Shown here: one piece after another, positions 1-13,609 of the stretch
Layout of the letters: each line of letters starts with the position of its first letter
Position numbering within the stretch: the first letter of the stretch is position 1
DNA from: Macrostomum hystrix
Taxonomy: Eukaryota; Animalia; Platyhelminthes
Length of the DNA stretch: 64,000 nucleotides
Assembly (NCBI GenBank): GCA_950097015.1
Contig: CATNEN010000039.1
Location: 17,236,001 to 17,300,000, forward strand
Direction: 5' to 3'
The notes under the pieces: model-generated
The model's input: the letters and a program-made list of their open reading frames with translations, nothing else
Database searches by the model: none
What the model was told of the DNA's origin: nothing
Made by a program: the position numbers and the translations under genes

Positions 1-1107
1 TGGCACGATTTCATCATGGGCAACACCTCGGCCCACTTTGCCAAAAATGTCCAACGAGGAGACAATTGTGTGCTCGCCATTCAGAACGACATCAAAGACC
101 TGTGGTTTTATTATTGTATTTATAGTGCCAATTCAATTTAAGTAAAAGTTCTAATCAAACATACAGCAAACATTTGTGTCAAGCCCATTAAGTTAAAAAT
201 AAAAAAAACAAATAAATGTGATTTGTCTTTTTTTGCTCTGTTTTTTTCATCTTTAAGCAATAAAAATATGTCAAGAAATACCCCCTGTATGTAAAATTAC
301 ATTGCTTTGTAGTTTATTTAAATGTGCATTATATAAATTGATATGCATAAAAATGAATGTATACAATTTATAATATAATAAAATACTTCCCTAATATTTT
401 GTTATTGAAGTTGGTACCATTGTGCCTTATAAGTAGCCTAAATTAAATACTAGCAATATTATACATTTAATATGCAATGGTGTAGCCAACATAGTTTTGT
501 CAGTTGATTAAGGGAGTCATGGCCTCCCTTGCCCTCCTCCTGGCTATGTCCCTGTTTATATGATATATAACATATGCTATAATATAAAGAATGTGTTTTT
601 CAAGTGAAGTAAGAACAAATTTTCTATATTTGGGACCATATAAAATAGCAGAGCATTTAGATTGGTATTATAATTAGCAATCTGTAAAGTTCAAGACAGA
701 GTCATACTTTACAAGAAAAAATATATGCTAAACAAATAACCAAATAATTTTGGTGTGAAAATTACCTTTTGGTTAGGGTTGGCAAACCACACTTCTGAAA
801 ACTTCAGTATAAGAACATAGTCACCATCACCAGGAATAGGCAGTTCGTAAGTAAAGCTAGCAGTGTGGTATCGCTCTGTCTGATATAAAATCTGATCTTG
901 ATGAACAACACGCCCAATAACTAAATTCCTGCCATAGTCTGATGCAACGCCAACGTTTAAAAAATCTCTTTGATAACGAATGCCATGAATGTCAGTATGC
1001 TCCGGCCCTCCGCAATTAACAGCCCATATAACATTTAAGGCTTTCGTGTAGGAGACAAACAATGCTAGGATAGTGAAGCACCACATCTGCGCTCGATAGT
1101 CCAGCAT
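1..1107 (-). CDS. MLEC: Malectin (ER di-glucose-binding lectin), 5' two coding exons: 1107-766 and 99-1 (continues beyond window)
   Basis: Signal peptide followed by VIWAVNCGG...DIHGIRY...[10 protein letters not shown]...[12 protein letters not shown]...NQK|[33 protein letters not shown], the malectin domain. Donor AAG|gtaatt at 766/765 and acceptor cacag|GTC at 100/99 join in phase 0. Confidence 0.93.
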
Positions 1108-3944
1108 GTTTTTACTCTGGACTGCGAATAAATTATATTAACTCTCACAGTTCGATCTTAAGCCGACACACAAAAGCAAAACAATTATGATATCAGGATG
1201 AAAAACAATATAAGACTTAAAATATATTTACTGGCTAGAATCTAAAGTCTTAACTAGTGACATGAAACATGCAATAAATATTTTTATTATCGTTGTAAAG
1301 CTTTTTAACATCGTGTAATCTTGAATTCGTGCTATTTTTACAGAAAGGTATGACACACGTTTACGCACGTATTTAAATTGTGCGTCATGTAAAGAACGTG
1401 TGCTGTAAGTTCAATTGCTCAAGAGATTGTGCTCTCCTTGTTGAACTACTGTCTAAAATCTAAATTATAGCCGCCCGTAATGATAAAGTATCCTCCACGA
1501 AGGCTTTAAGAATTTTTCTAGCTGAATTTTTAGCTGAAATCCTTTTTAAATTAAAGTGCTAAAGATTCTTTCGTAACATTCTTTCTTTCGTTTGCAGGTA
1601 ATTCAGCAAAAGTCGGTCTAAAACTTATCGCATTATTAGCATGTAAAGAAAATAGTTAGTCAAATGAAAATTAAAATATTTCTATCTTACAAGTATAAGA
1701 CTGAACATTATTTATGAAAGCAGGATGAAAAAAATCTTAAACATTTTCGTATATTCAAGTTAAAAAACTACCGGCAGTCTAGCAAACTGAACAGTAAACC
1801 AAAATATGAAAAATTAATAGTTCTGAAGAACAAAGTAGCCAGGCCTATTTAAAATATATATTTCTGATACATAAGGCTTAGAATAATTTATAAGTTTTTA
1901 CGCAAACCAGGATAGTAAAAACTTTCAAAGTCAAGTAAATGCCTAAATATGCACTGCTACAAGTCCTGCAACTACTTATCTATATACGGCTGTCGGTGTT
2001 CAGTTTTAGCAAAATAGGGACCCATTCATAATACGATTATTAAAAGTTTGACGGTTATAAATTATTCATAATAAAGTATAGTACCGATAGTACAGTCAGT
2101 TCAGACTAGATAAAAAGGGTAATACACTAAGCCAAACACATGTTGCCACTGCACTTGCCCAATTGATGGTCCTCTGGCCTCTTAACATTTCTCACCTCCC
2201 CTTGCACTGTCTTATATCTCATCTCTTACCCCGTCTCTCCCATGTCTCATCTCTCCCTTGGTTGTATCTCCAATCCCTAGATAGCTATCGATCATCTCTC
2301 CCAAGCTTTCTCATATATTCCTAATGCCTTGTCCAATATGTAGTAGTAGGCCTAGTACCAGTCTGACCAACCTGACTGGCTGACTGTACTATTAGTAGGG
2401 CCTAGGCCTATCCTTACTAATACTGTACTATCTTGACTTCTCCTTTCGTTAAGAGTTTCAAAAATAGGTTAAATACTTTAGTGTGGGAAGCCCAAGGATT
2501 TCTATTTTGCTATTAGGACCCTAGCCATTTTGTAAATTTATGTTTAAGTCAAACAGGGAGAATAATATAGGCCTAGTGACTGACTGGCTAATGGTTGTAG
2601 TGCCTATTACTACTTAGTAATCCCATATATGTTAATAAATACTTCTATAGGCTAGTCAAGAAAGTAGTCAAGAAGGTTAGGGCCTAGTCAAGAAAGTACA
2701 CCAAAACATATTTTGTTATGTCCTACATCAAGGATAGGACTACTAGGCCTAACATAACAAAGATAAACAAGTCACTTTTAGAAAAAATTGTCACAAATAT
2801 AGACTTGGAAGTAGACACAAAAGTTCCACAAAAAGCCATAATTATGGCCAATGAATGAAGGAATTAACTATAAATACAAGATGGTGTTGTAAAGTTAAAA
2901 ACTAGGTAGACATAAATAAAAAGTCAATGAACCTATGCTGATATTTGTTCTCTTGTGACAAAAATTATGACAAAAGGTGCCTTCAGAAATGAACATAGTC
3001 ACACTTAATTGACAGTTAAAAACTTGTTCTTTTTAATAGAATAAACTTTTGACCAGTAAAAGCATTGTAGCCATGTAGTGCTATGTATGATGAAAATGTA
3101 GACAGACATAGTTTCAGACTGGCAAGGCAAGTTGTAATACAGTTTTTATGCCGTAAAATGTAGTGCACATGAAACTAAATATAACTATCTATAATTCTAT
3201 CTAGAATCTAGATATCTAACTTTGCATCATTAGACCGTCATCATTAGGCCTAATAATTAAAATTATTAATTATAAATTATTAAACCTTTTTGACTTAGGC
3301 CCTATAGCTTGAGCTGTCTAAATGAAAAAATCAATTTTTGCTCTCCTAAGCTTCTTAGCAAGGCTGCTGAAATGTTGCTCAAAGGCTGTTACAATGATTT
3401 GCCTGTTCTCAATTTTGGTGTGCATATTGGACAGGAAAATTTAATAAATGGTTGTTCCACACCCAAAGCCATCAGTTGGGTATCCTATCCCTGTGCTTAA
3501 AGTTTACATACATTAAAAGTCACAATTCAAATTGATCCTGAATTGTAATGCTTGTGACTAAAATCTTTGGAGAAAATGAGATATGCTTTATAAATCCATG
3601 TCATGCCATGTTATTACATGATTATTATTTAGGCAAAAGACATCAGCTAGCAGCAACCCTAATGTTACCATATTGTTCATAATCATAATGCTCATGTTGG
3701 GAAATTGGCTTTATTTATACAGTTCAGTTATATATAAGCTCTGGCTTATTAATAATAAATGCTTCACACTATGAATGACAATTATGTCTCTATCAGCTGC
3801 AAAAATGCATGATACACATTCAATGATATTGTTTAATGCTTGATTTATAACCAATATTTCAGTTTAATTTAACTTTCAAGCCATCCAAGCTTACACTATA
3901 ATAACAGAGCAAGTGGCCAAACAAATCAAAGAACTGTCTGCAAA

Positions 3945-6900
3945 ATGTCACGCTGTCTAACCAAAGCCTGTGGCATCGCCCAGCTAGCCGCCAAATCGCA
4001 AATGCTGTTGCGACCACTGTCAACGCAGCGCCGAATCAAGGTTGAGAAGCCGGTAGTTGAAATGGATGGTGACGAGATGACTCGCATTATCTGGGCCTCC
4101 ATCAAGGAGAAACTCATCTTTCCATTCTTGGAAGTAGATTGCAAATACTATGATCTGGGCTTGCCCCACCGCGACGCCACTAATGACCAGGTCACAATAG
4201 ATGCCGCCAATGCTATTCTGGTGAGTTTATTAAATAGCTCTTGAAGTTCTTAATTAGGCTTCGATTTAAAGCTCGAGAATTTGCAGAAGTTTGCAAAGAA
4301 ATTTGATGAATTCATCAAAGTTAAACTCCTAAGAAGTGAGTTTAACTATTTCTCTTTAATCGTTCGCGATTCCAGATTAGAACTTCAATCCTACCAGATC
4401 CCAGATTAGAACTTCAATCCTACCAGATCCCGAATTAGAACTCCAATCCTACCAGATCCCAGATTAGAACTCCAATCCTACCAGATCCCAGATTAGAACT
4501 TCAATCCTACCAGATCCCAGATTAGAACTTCAATCCTAACAGATCCCAGATTAGAACTCCAATCCTACCAGATCCCAGATTAGAGCTCTAATCCTAACAG
4601 ATCCTAAATTAGAAATCAAATCCTACCAGATCCCAAATTAGAAATCAAATCCTACCAGATCCCAAATTAGAAATCAAATCCTAACAGATCCTAAATTAGA
4701 AATCAAATCCTACCAGATCCCAAATTAGAAATCTAATCCTAACAGATCCCAAATTAGAAATCAAATCCTACCAGATCCCAAATTAGAAATCTAATCCTAC
4801 CAGATCCCAGATTAGAACTCTAATCCTACCAGATCCCAAAAAAGAACTCTAATCCTACCAGATCCCAAATTAGAAATCAAACCCTACCAGATCCCAAATT
4901 AGAAATCTAATCCTAACAGATCCCAAATTAGAAATCAAACCCTACCAGATCCCAAATTAGAAATCTAATCCTAACAGATCCCAAATTAGAAATCTAATCC
5001 TACCAGATCCCAGATTAGAAATCAAACCCTACCAGATCCCAAATTAGAAATCTAATCCTACCAGATCCCAAATTAGAAATCTAATCCTACCAGATCCCAA
5101 ATTAGAAATCAAACCCTACCAGATCCCAAATTAGAAATCTAATCCTACCAGATCCCAGATTAGAGCTCTAATCCTACCAGATCCTAAATTAGAAATCAAA
5201 TCCTACCAGATCCCAAATTAGAAATCAAATCCTACCAGATCCCAAATTAGAAATCAAATCCTACCAGATCCCAAATTAGAAATCTAATACTACCAGATCC
5301 CAAATTATAACTCTAATCCTACCAGATCCCAAATTAGAACTCTAATCCTACCAGATCCCAAATAAGAACTTCAATCCTACCAGATCCCAAATTAGAAATA
5401 AAATCCTACCAGATCCCAAATTAGAAATAAAATCCTACCAGATCCCAAATTAGAACTCTAATCCTACCAGATCCCAAATTAGAACTTCAATCCTACCAGA
5501 TCCCAAATTAGAAATCAAATCCTACCAGATCCCAAAAAGAACTCTAATCCTACCAGATCCCAGATCTCTGTAGATATCCCTACATAATATGCCATTGTTT
5601 TCAATGCCTTCACCCCACCTGCGCCCAGAAATACAACGTCGGCATCAAGTGCGCCACCATCACGCCGGACGAACAGCGTGTCGAAGAGTTCAAGCTGAAG
5701 AAGATGTGGCTGTCACCCAATGGCACTATTCGCAACATCCTAGGCGGCACCGTATTCCGCGAGCCAATCATCTGCAAGAATGTGCCCCGCCTTGTGCCCG
5801 GCTGGACTGAAGCTATTGTGATTGGTCGCCATGCTCACGGCGATCAGTACAAGGCTCAGGATATGGTGGTGCCCAAGCCTGGCAAAGTTGAATTGGTTTA
5901 CACACCGGCCGATGGCTCCGCAGCTAGCCGAGTGTCCGTCTTTGACTTCAAGGACGGCGGCGGTGTCTCCATGGCCATGTACAACACTGACAAGTCTATC
6001 GAAGGCTTTGCTCACTCTTGCATGCAGTACGCTCTTAGCAAGAAGTGGCCACTTTATCTCAGCACTAAGAACACCATTCTGAAACGGTACGACGGTCGAT
6101 TCAAGGACATCTTCCAGGAGGTCCACGACAAGCACTACGCGGCCGAGTTTAAGAAGCTCGGAGTCTGGTAAGTCTATTTTAAGTTTCGGAAATTATTAAG
6201 ATAATGAGTCTTGACGACTTCAGATTGAGTCTTGATCCTAAGGATTTCAGATAGTAGGGATCATGAGGATTTCGGACAGTAGGGATCCTGAGGATTTCAG
6301 ATAGTAGGGACCCTGAGGATTTCGGACAGTAGGAATCATGAGGATTTCTAGTAGGGATCATGAGGATTTTAGATAGTAGGGATCCTAAGGATTTCAGATA
6401 GTATACGTAGGGATCCTGGGGATTTCGGACAGTAGGGATCCTGAGGATTTCAGATAGTAGGGATCCTGAGGATTTCAGATAGTAGGGATCATGAGGATTT
6501 CAGATAGTAGTGATCCTAAGGATTTCAGATAGCTGGGATCCTGAGGATTTCAGATAGTAAGGATCATGAGGATTTTAGATAGTAGGGATCGTATGGATTT
6601 CAGATTGTAGGGATCCTGAGGATTTCAGATAGCTGGGATCCTAAGGATTTCAGATTGTAGGGATCCTGAGGATTTCGGATAGTAGTGATCCTAAGGATTT
6701 CAGATAGCTGGGATCTTGAGGATTTCAGATAGTTAGGATCCTGAGGATTTCAGATTGGAGGGATCCTGAGGATTTCAGATAGTAGGGATCATGAGGATTT
6801 CAGATAGTAGGGATCATGAGGATTTCAGATAGTAGGGATCCTGAGGATTTCAGATAGTAGGGATCATGAGGATTTCAGATAGTAGTGATCCTAAGGATTT

Positions 6901-9900
6901 AAGATAGCTGGGATCCTGAGGATTTCAGATTGGAGGGATCCTGAGGATTTCAGATAGTAGGGATCCTGAGGATTTCAGATAGTAGGGATCATGAGGATTT
7001 CAGATAGTAGTGATCCTAAGGATTTAAGATAGCTGGGATCCTGAGGATTTCAGATTGGAGGGATCCTGAGGATTTCAGATAGTAAGGATCATGAGGATTT
7101 TAGATAGTAGGGATCGTATGGATTTCAGATTGTAGGGATCCTGAGGATTTCAGATAGCTGGGATCCTAAGGATTTCAGATTGTAGGGATCCTGAGGATTT
7201 CGGATAGTAGTGATCCTAAGGATTTCAGATAGCTGGGATCCTGAGGATTTCAGATAGTTAGGATCCTGAGGATTTCAGATAGTTGGGATTCTCAGGATTT
7301 CAGTTATTAGGGATCCTGAGGATTTCAGATAGTAGGGATCATGAGGATTTCAGATAGTAGGGATCCTGAGGATTTCGGACAGTAGGAATCATGAGGATTT
7401 CTAGTAGGGATCATGAGGATTTTAGATAGTAGGGATCGTATGGATTTCAGACAGTAGGGATCCTGAGGATTTCAGATAGTAGGGATCATGAGGATTTCAG
7501 ATAGTAGTGATCCTAAGGATTTTAGATAGTTGGGATTCTCAGGATTTCAGTTAGTAGGGATCCTGAGGATTTCAGATAGTAGGGATCATAAGGATTTTAG
7601 ATAGTAGGGATCCTGAGGATTTCGGACAGTAGGGATCCCGAGGATTTCAGATAGTAGGGATCCTGAGGATTTCGGACAGTAGGGATCCTGAGGATTTCGG
7701 ACAGTAGGGATCCTGAGGATTTCAGATAGTAGGGACCCTGAGGATTTCGGACAGTAGGAATCATGAGGATTTCTAGTAGGGATCATGAGGATTTTAGATA
7801 GTAGGGATCCTAAGGATTTCAGATAGTAGGGATCCTGAGGATTTCAGATAGTAGGGATCCTGAGGATTTCGGACAGTAGGGATCCTGAGGATTTCAGATA
7901 GTAGGGATCCTGAGGATTTCAGATAGTAGGGATCCTGAGGATTTCAGATAGTAGGGATCCTGAGGATTTCAGATAGTATACGTAGGGATCCTGGGGATTT
8001 CGGACAGTAGGGATCCTGAGGATTTCAGATAGTAGGGATCCTGAGGATTTCAGATAGTAGGGATCATGAGGATTTCAGATAGTAGTGATCCTAAGGATTT
8101 CAGATAGCTGGGATCCTGAGGATTTCAGATAGTAAGGATCATGAGGATTTTAGATAGTAGGGATCGTATGGATTTCAGATTGTAGGGATCCTGAGGATTT
8201 CAGATAGCTGGGATCCTAAGGATTTCAGATTGTAGGGATCCTGAGGATTTCGGATAGTAGTGATCCTAAGGATTTCAGATAGCTGGGATCTTGAGGATTT
8301 CAGATAGTTAGGATCCTGAGGATTTCAGATTGGAGGGATCCTGAGGATTTCAGATAGTAGGGATCATGAGGATTTCAGATAGTAGGGATCATGAGGATTT
8401 CAGATAGTAGGGATCCTGAGGATTTCAGATAGTAGGGATCATGAGGATTTCAGATAGTAGTGATCCTAAGGATTTAAGATAGCTGGGATCCTGAGGATTT
8501 CAGATTGGAGGGATCCTGAGGATTTCAGATAGTAGGGATCCTGAGGATTTCAGATAGTAGGGATCATGAGGATTTCAGATAGTAGTGATCCTAAGGATTT
8601 AAGATAGCTGGGATCCTGAGGATTTCAGATTGGAGGGATCCTGAGGATTTCAGATAGTAAGGATCATGAGGATTTTAGATAGTAGGGATCGTATGGATTT
8701 CAGATTGTAGGGATCCTGAGGATTTCAGATAGCTGGGATCCTAAGGATTTCAGATTGTAGGGATCCTGAGGATTTCGGATAGTAGTGATCCTAAGGATTT
8801 CAGATAGCTGGGATCCTGAGGATTTCAGATAGTTAGGATCCTGAGGATTTCAGATAGTTGGGATTCTCAGGATTTCAGTTATTAGGGATCCTGAGGATTT
8901 CAGATAGTAGGGATCATGAGGATTTCAGATAGTAGGGATCCTGAGGATTTCGGACAGTAGGAATCATGAGGATTTCTAGTAGGGATCATGAGGATTTTAG
9001 ATAGTAGGGATCGTATGGATTTCAGACAGTAGGGATCCTGAGGATTTCAGATAGTAGGGATCATGAGGATTTCAGATAGTAGTGATCCTAAGGATTTTAG
9101 ATAGTTGGGATTCTCAGGATTTCAGTTAGTAGGGATCCTGAGGATTTCAGATAGTAGGGATCATAAGGATTTTAGATAGTAGGGATCCTGAGGATTTCGG
9201 ACAGTAGGGATCCCGAGGATTTCAGATAGTAGGGATCCTGAGGATTTCGGACAGTAGGGATCCTGAGGATTTCGGACAGTAGGGATCCTGAGGATTTCAG
9301 ATAGTAGGGACCCTGAGGATTTCGGACAGTAGGAATCATGAGGATTTCTAGTAGGGATCATGAGGATTTTAGATAGTAGGGATCCTAAGGATTTCAGATA
9401 GTAGGGATCCTGAGGATTTCAGATAGTAGGGATCCTGAGGATTTCGGACAGTAGGGATCCTGAGGATTTCAGATAGTAGGGATCCTGAGGATTTCAGATA
9501 GTAGGGATCCTGAGGATTTCAGATAGTAGGGATCCTGAGGATTTCAGATAGTAGGGATCAGGAGGATTTCAGATAGTAGTGATCCTAAGGATTTAAGATA
9601 GCTGGGATCCTGAGGATTTCAGATAGTTAGGATCCTGAGGATTTCAGATAGTTGGGATTCTCAGGATTTCAGTTAGTAGGGATCCTGAGGATTTCAGATA
9701 GTAGGGATCATGAGGATTTTAGATAGTAGGGATTGTATGGATTTCAGATTGTAGGGATCCTAAGAATTTCAGATAGTAGGGATCCTGAGGATTTCGGACA
9801 GTAGGGATCCCGAGGATTTCAGATAGTAGGGATCCTGAGGATTTCGGACAGTAGGGATTTTGAGGATTTCAGATAGTAGGGACCCTGAGGATTTCGGACA

Positions 9901-12280
9901 GTAGGAATCATGAGGATTTCTAGTAGGGATCATGAGGATTTTAGATAGTAGGGATCCTAAGGATTTCAGATAGTAGGGATCCTGAGGATTTCAGATAGCT
10001 GGGATCCTAAGGATTTCAGATAGTAGGGATCCTGAGGATTTCAGATAGTAGTGATCCTAAGGATTTAAGATAGCTGGGATCCTGAGGATTTCAGATAGTT
10101 AGGATCCTGAGGATTTCAGATAGTTGGGATTCTCAGGATTTCAGATAGCTGGGATCCTGAGGATTTCAGATAGTTAGGATCCTGAGGATTTCAGATAGTA
10201 GGGATCCTAAGGATTTCAGATAGTAGGGATCATGAGGATTTCAGATGGTTGGGATTCTGAGGATTTCAGATGGTTGGGATTCTGAGGATTTCAGACAGTA
10301 CGAGTTGAATGACCGTTTAATAATAGAAGCAAATTTGCCACCCGTTTTTATACCAAGGGTACTGAAAAAAAATTGGCAGCGCCTGAATGCTAACAGCGTT
10401 GGGTGGTGACTGATTGTTTGACAGACTTGAGGATGGTGTACAGTGGTTGAGCTGCGCCTAATTTTTAGGCCTTATCAATAAAATTGTAGAAATTCGCGTC
10501 ATGGTGTCCATATTGCCCCTTTTCCACCTGGTTTAGCCCTTGAGGTGCAGCAGTCCGTCTAGATGAAGGTAGGTGACCACCGAAGATGGAGATGATGCAG
10601 GCACATTCGGGTGACATGCTGATAAATTTTGAAGGCCTGGCAAGGTCGCACTGAGGCGCAGTGCTAATTTGTGTATTGGGGTTTATGAAATGGTTGCGGC
10701 CAATCATTTGCTGATACTAGACTCGCAGCCAGCGGGGAGGCAATTCGCCCATTTCGCCGACTCAGGAGCACACACGCACACAGATACTGTACACAGGCAC
10801 TCGCTCACACAGGTGTGTACATCTGCCCTGACTTTCTCGGGCACTTCACTTTACTGCTCAGGGGTCGCTGTTTTCGACTAAAGTTAATTACTTCGTATTA
10901 TTTTGAACGCTGTATTTTTTAATGTCCTTTTTTCTTTACGAGTAGTATAGTAAGGATCTAAAGTAGCCTGGGAATCTGGAAATCTGGAATTAAATTTAGC
11001 TCGATTCAAAATCCCACTTTGACAGGTACGAGCACCGCCTTATCGATGACATGGTCGCCCAGGCCCTAAAGTCCTCCGGCGGTTTTGTCTGGGCCTGCAA
11101 GAATTACGACGGCGATGTTCAGTCGGACATTGTTGCCCAGGGCTACGGCAGTCTGGGCCTGATGACCTCCGTGCTGATGTGCCCGGATGGCAAGACTGTT
11201 GAAGCCGAGGCTGCTCACGGCACCGTCACCCGACACTACCGGTAAGTCCTGGTGCATAGTAGGGCTTTGGGATTTCCCTGGGTTTCGGTGGTTTGAGCAT
11301 CCTTAAGGTTTTCGTTTTTCGAGAATCCGGAAGGTTCATAGTTTGAGCATCCTGAAGGTTATGGTTTGAGCATCCTGAAGGTTATGGTTTGAGCATCCTG
11401 AAGGTTAATAGTTTGAGCATCCTGAAGGTTATGGTTTGAGCATCCTGAAGGTTCATAGTTTGAGCATCCTGAAGGTTATGGTTTGAGCATCCTGAAGGTT
11501 CATAGTTTGAGCATCCAGAAGGTTCATAGTTTGAGCATCCTGAAGGTTCATGGTTTGAGCATCCTGAAGGTTCATGGTTTGAGCATCCTGAAGGTTCATG
11601 GTTTGAGCATCCTGAAGGTTCATGGTTTGAGCATCCTGAAGGTTATGGTTTGAGCATCCTGAAGGTTATGGTTTGAGCATCCTGAAGGTTCATGGTTTGA
11701 GCATCCTGAAGGTTCATGGTTTGAGCATCCTGAAGGTTCATGGTTTGAGCATCCTGAAGGTTCATGGTTTGAGCATCCTGAAGGTTCATGGTTTGAGCAT
11801 CCTGAAGGTTCATGGTTTGAGCATCCTGAAGGTTGATGGTTTGAGCATCCTGAAGGTTCATGGTTTGAGCATCGTGAAGGTTCGTGGTTTGAGCATCCTT
11901 GTTTTAGTACACCAAGGGTTTTATGATTTGAGCATCCTGAAGGTTTTGGTGATTTAATTAATCATCCTGAACTCATCTCAATGTCATCTCCATCTCTCAG
12001 GGAGCACCAGAAGGGCAAGCCGACCTCCACTAACCCGGTGGCCAGCATCTTCGCCTGGACTCGCGGCCTTAGCCACCGCGGCAAGCTAGACGGCAACCAG
12101 GAGCTGCAGCAGTTCGCCCTTCGCCTAGAGAAGGCCTGCGTTGACACGGTGGACGGCGGCCGCATGACCAAGGACCTCGCCGCCTGCATCTACGGCCTAA
12201 AGAATGTCAAGCCGGAGCAGTACCTCTACACTGAGGACTTCTTGGACGCTGTTCGCGATCAGTTCAATAAGACCAAGTGA
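3945..12280 (+). CDS. IDH2: NADP-dependent isocitrate dehydrogenase, mitochondrial type; exons 3945-4220, 5629-6167, 11026-11241, 12001-12280 (436 aa)
   Basis: Motifs [107 protein letters not shown]. All three introns are GT-AG with consistent phases (0,2,2). An Arg/Lys-rich, acid-free N-terminal extension suggests a mitochondrial presequence. Confidence 0.96.
4373..5566. repeat. Minisatellite, 29-bp unit TCCTACCAGATCCCAAATTAGAAATCAAA, ~41 copies, in IDH intron 1
   Basis: Direct tandem periodicity, e.g. units start at 4621 and 4650. Confidence 0.95.
6233..10298. repeat. Minisatellite, 25-bp unit AGTAGGGATCCTGAGGATTTCAGAT, ~160 copies with a 1575-bp higher-order duplication, in IDH intron 2
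   Basis: Tandem periodicity. The rare variant GTATACGTAG occurs at 6401 and 7976, and identical repeat ORFs start at 7586 and 9161; both offsets are 1575 bp. Confidence 0.95.
10703..10838 (-). mobile_element. SINE fragment (3' half of the tRNA-derived family at 57930-58291), in IDH intron 2
   Basis: Matches ACTAGAC.CGCAGCCAGCG.GGAGGCA...CTCACACAGGTGTGTACATCTGCCCTGACTTTCTC of the full copy. Confidence 0.85.
11290..11945. repeat. Minisatellite, 23-24-bp unit GGTTTGAGCATCCTGAAGGTTCAT, ~27 copies, in IDH intron 3
   Basis: Tandem periodicity; gives 8-aa repeat ORFs. Confidence 0.95.
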
Positions 12281-13609
12281 GGAGTCGACATCAGTGTGGT
12301 TGTGTGCCAGTAAATTTATGCGCAGTAAAACTAACTATTTTGAAATAGCTCTGAAATAGCTAATGCGCAAATTGTACTACTCAATGAGTAGTTAGCCTTA
12401 GTTGTCTATTCAAATTTAGAAAAACACGTGGGTCATTATTAAAAAAAAATAAGAAGACTTCGCAGTAAGTAACCGTAAATTATCTACTGTTAGTAATATT
12501 TATGAAATAATTATTAATTATTAGCCTTACTTGCACTTTATTCTCCTGATAGCGCATATCTCAGCTTATTCTTATCGTATCTATTAAACATATTTTTTTA
12601 AATAAAAAAACGCTACAACACTACTGCCGTCTCAAACAGGCCCTCTATCTGAGTAGCATAGTAAGCGTGTGTTTTTTAGCTACCGTTTTTTGTTCGCCCC
12701 GGTTCAATGAGTTTGATAAAGAATTATATTTATGATTAATTGATTACATTCATTTATCTAATTAATAATCTTTACCTTGTTGCTTACTGATCATTTTGAA
12801 CTTTTTTTAAGTCAATTCAAATTTTTCGAGTTCCTTCTCTTGTTAAAGCCGTAATGTAACTATTTTATTCGCCTCAATCTCTTCTCTGCGTGTATTTGCA
12901 CGAAAAAAACTTCTAATTTACTAATTTAACAATAATAATAAACTACCTGTTTGTCCATCTCTGAGCTCTGCTACTTTGCGGCCTTCGGATTCAATGACTG
13001 ACTGATTGATCGATTTATTGTTTGTTTGGGACACCTTTGTTTGAAGCGAAAATTCAATAAAGATCCGTGCTTCATTTCTTTATTTCATTTTCAAATTACA
13101 AGTGAAACATTAACACACGCTTGACTTCCTACCGTAAGTAGGTAGACACTGGAATTTATATTTTTAACAACAAAACAATGGTTTAGGTTTCCTAAAGTTA
13201 GGCTTTAATCGTAAAACACGAAAATATTGTTTTTATTGGTTTTTAAGCAAAAAATCGATAATCATTTTACAATGGATTTTTAATCCTAAAAGACGGTATT
13301 AATATACCTGATTTAAGGGATTTTAGGGAATTTTCGGATACGAACCCCAGACCTCTTGAATCTATTCGCTACAAGTTTGCATTCTTGCTTTTACGCCAGT
13401 ATTACAATGAAAAAGCAAATCTTAGGAAAAATTAAACAGATGTTTAGACCGGAATTCAGCAATATTAAATTCAGGATGTGCGCGCAAGGAAAGATGTAAA
13501 TATTATGTCGAATTGGTTGCATTGTAACTTGACAAATTTGATTTCTAAACAATTTACTATATGGAGAATTGAACTCATAAGGAGGCAAATTATTTCCACA
13601 TGGATATTT

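Noticed and set aside
5589-12189. Alternative-frame and antisense ORFs over IDH exons (similarly over the ANK, LRR and PAN genes)
   Set aside because: Shadow ORFs caused by GC-rich codon usage.
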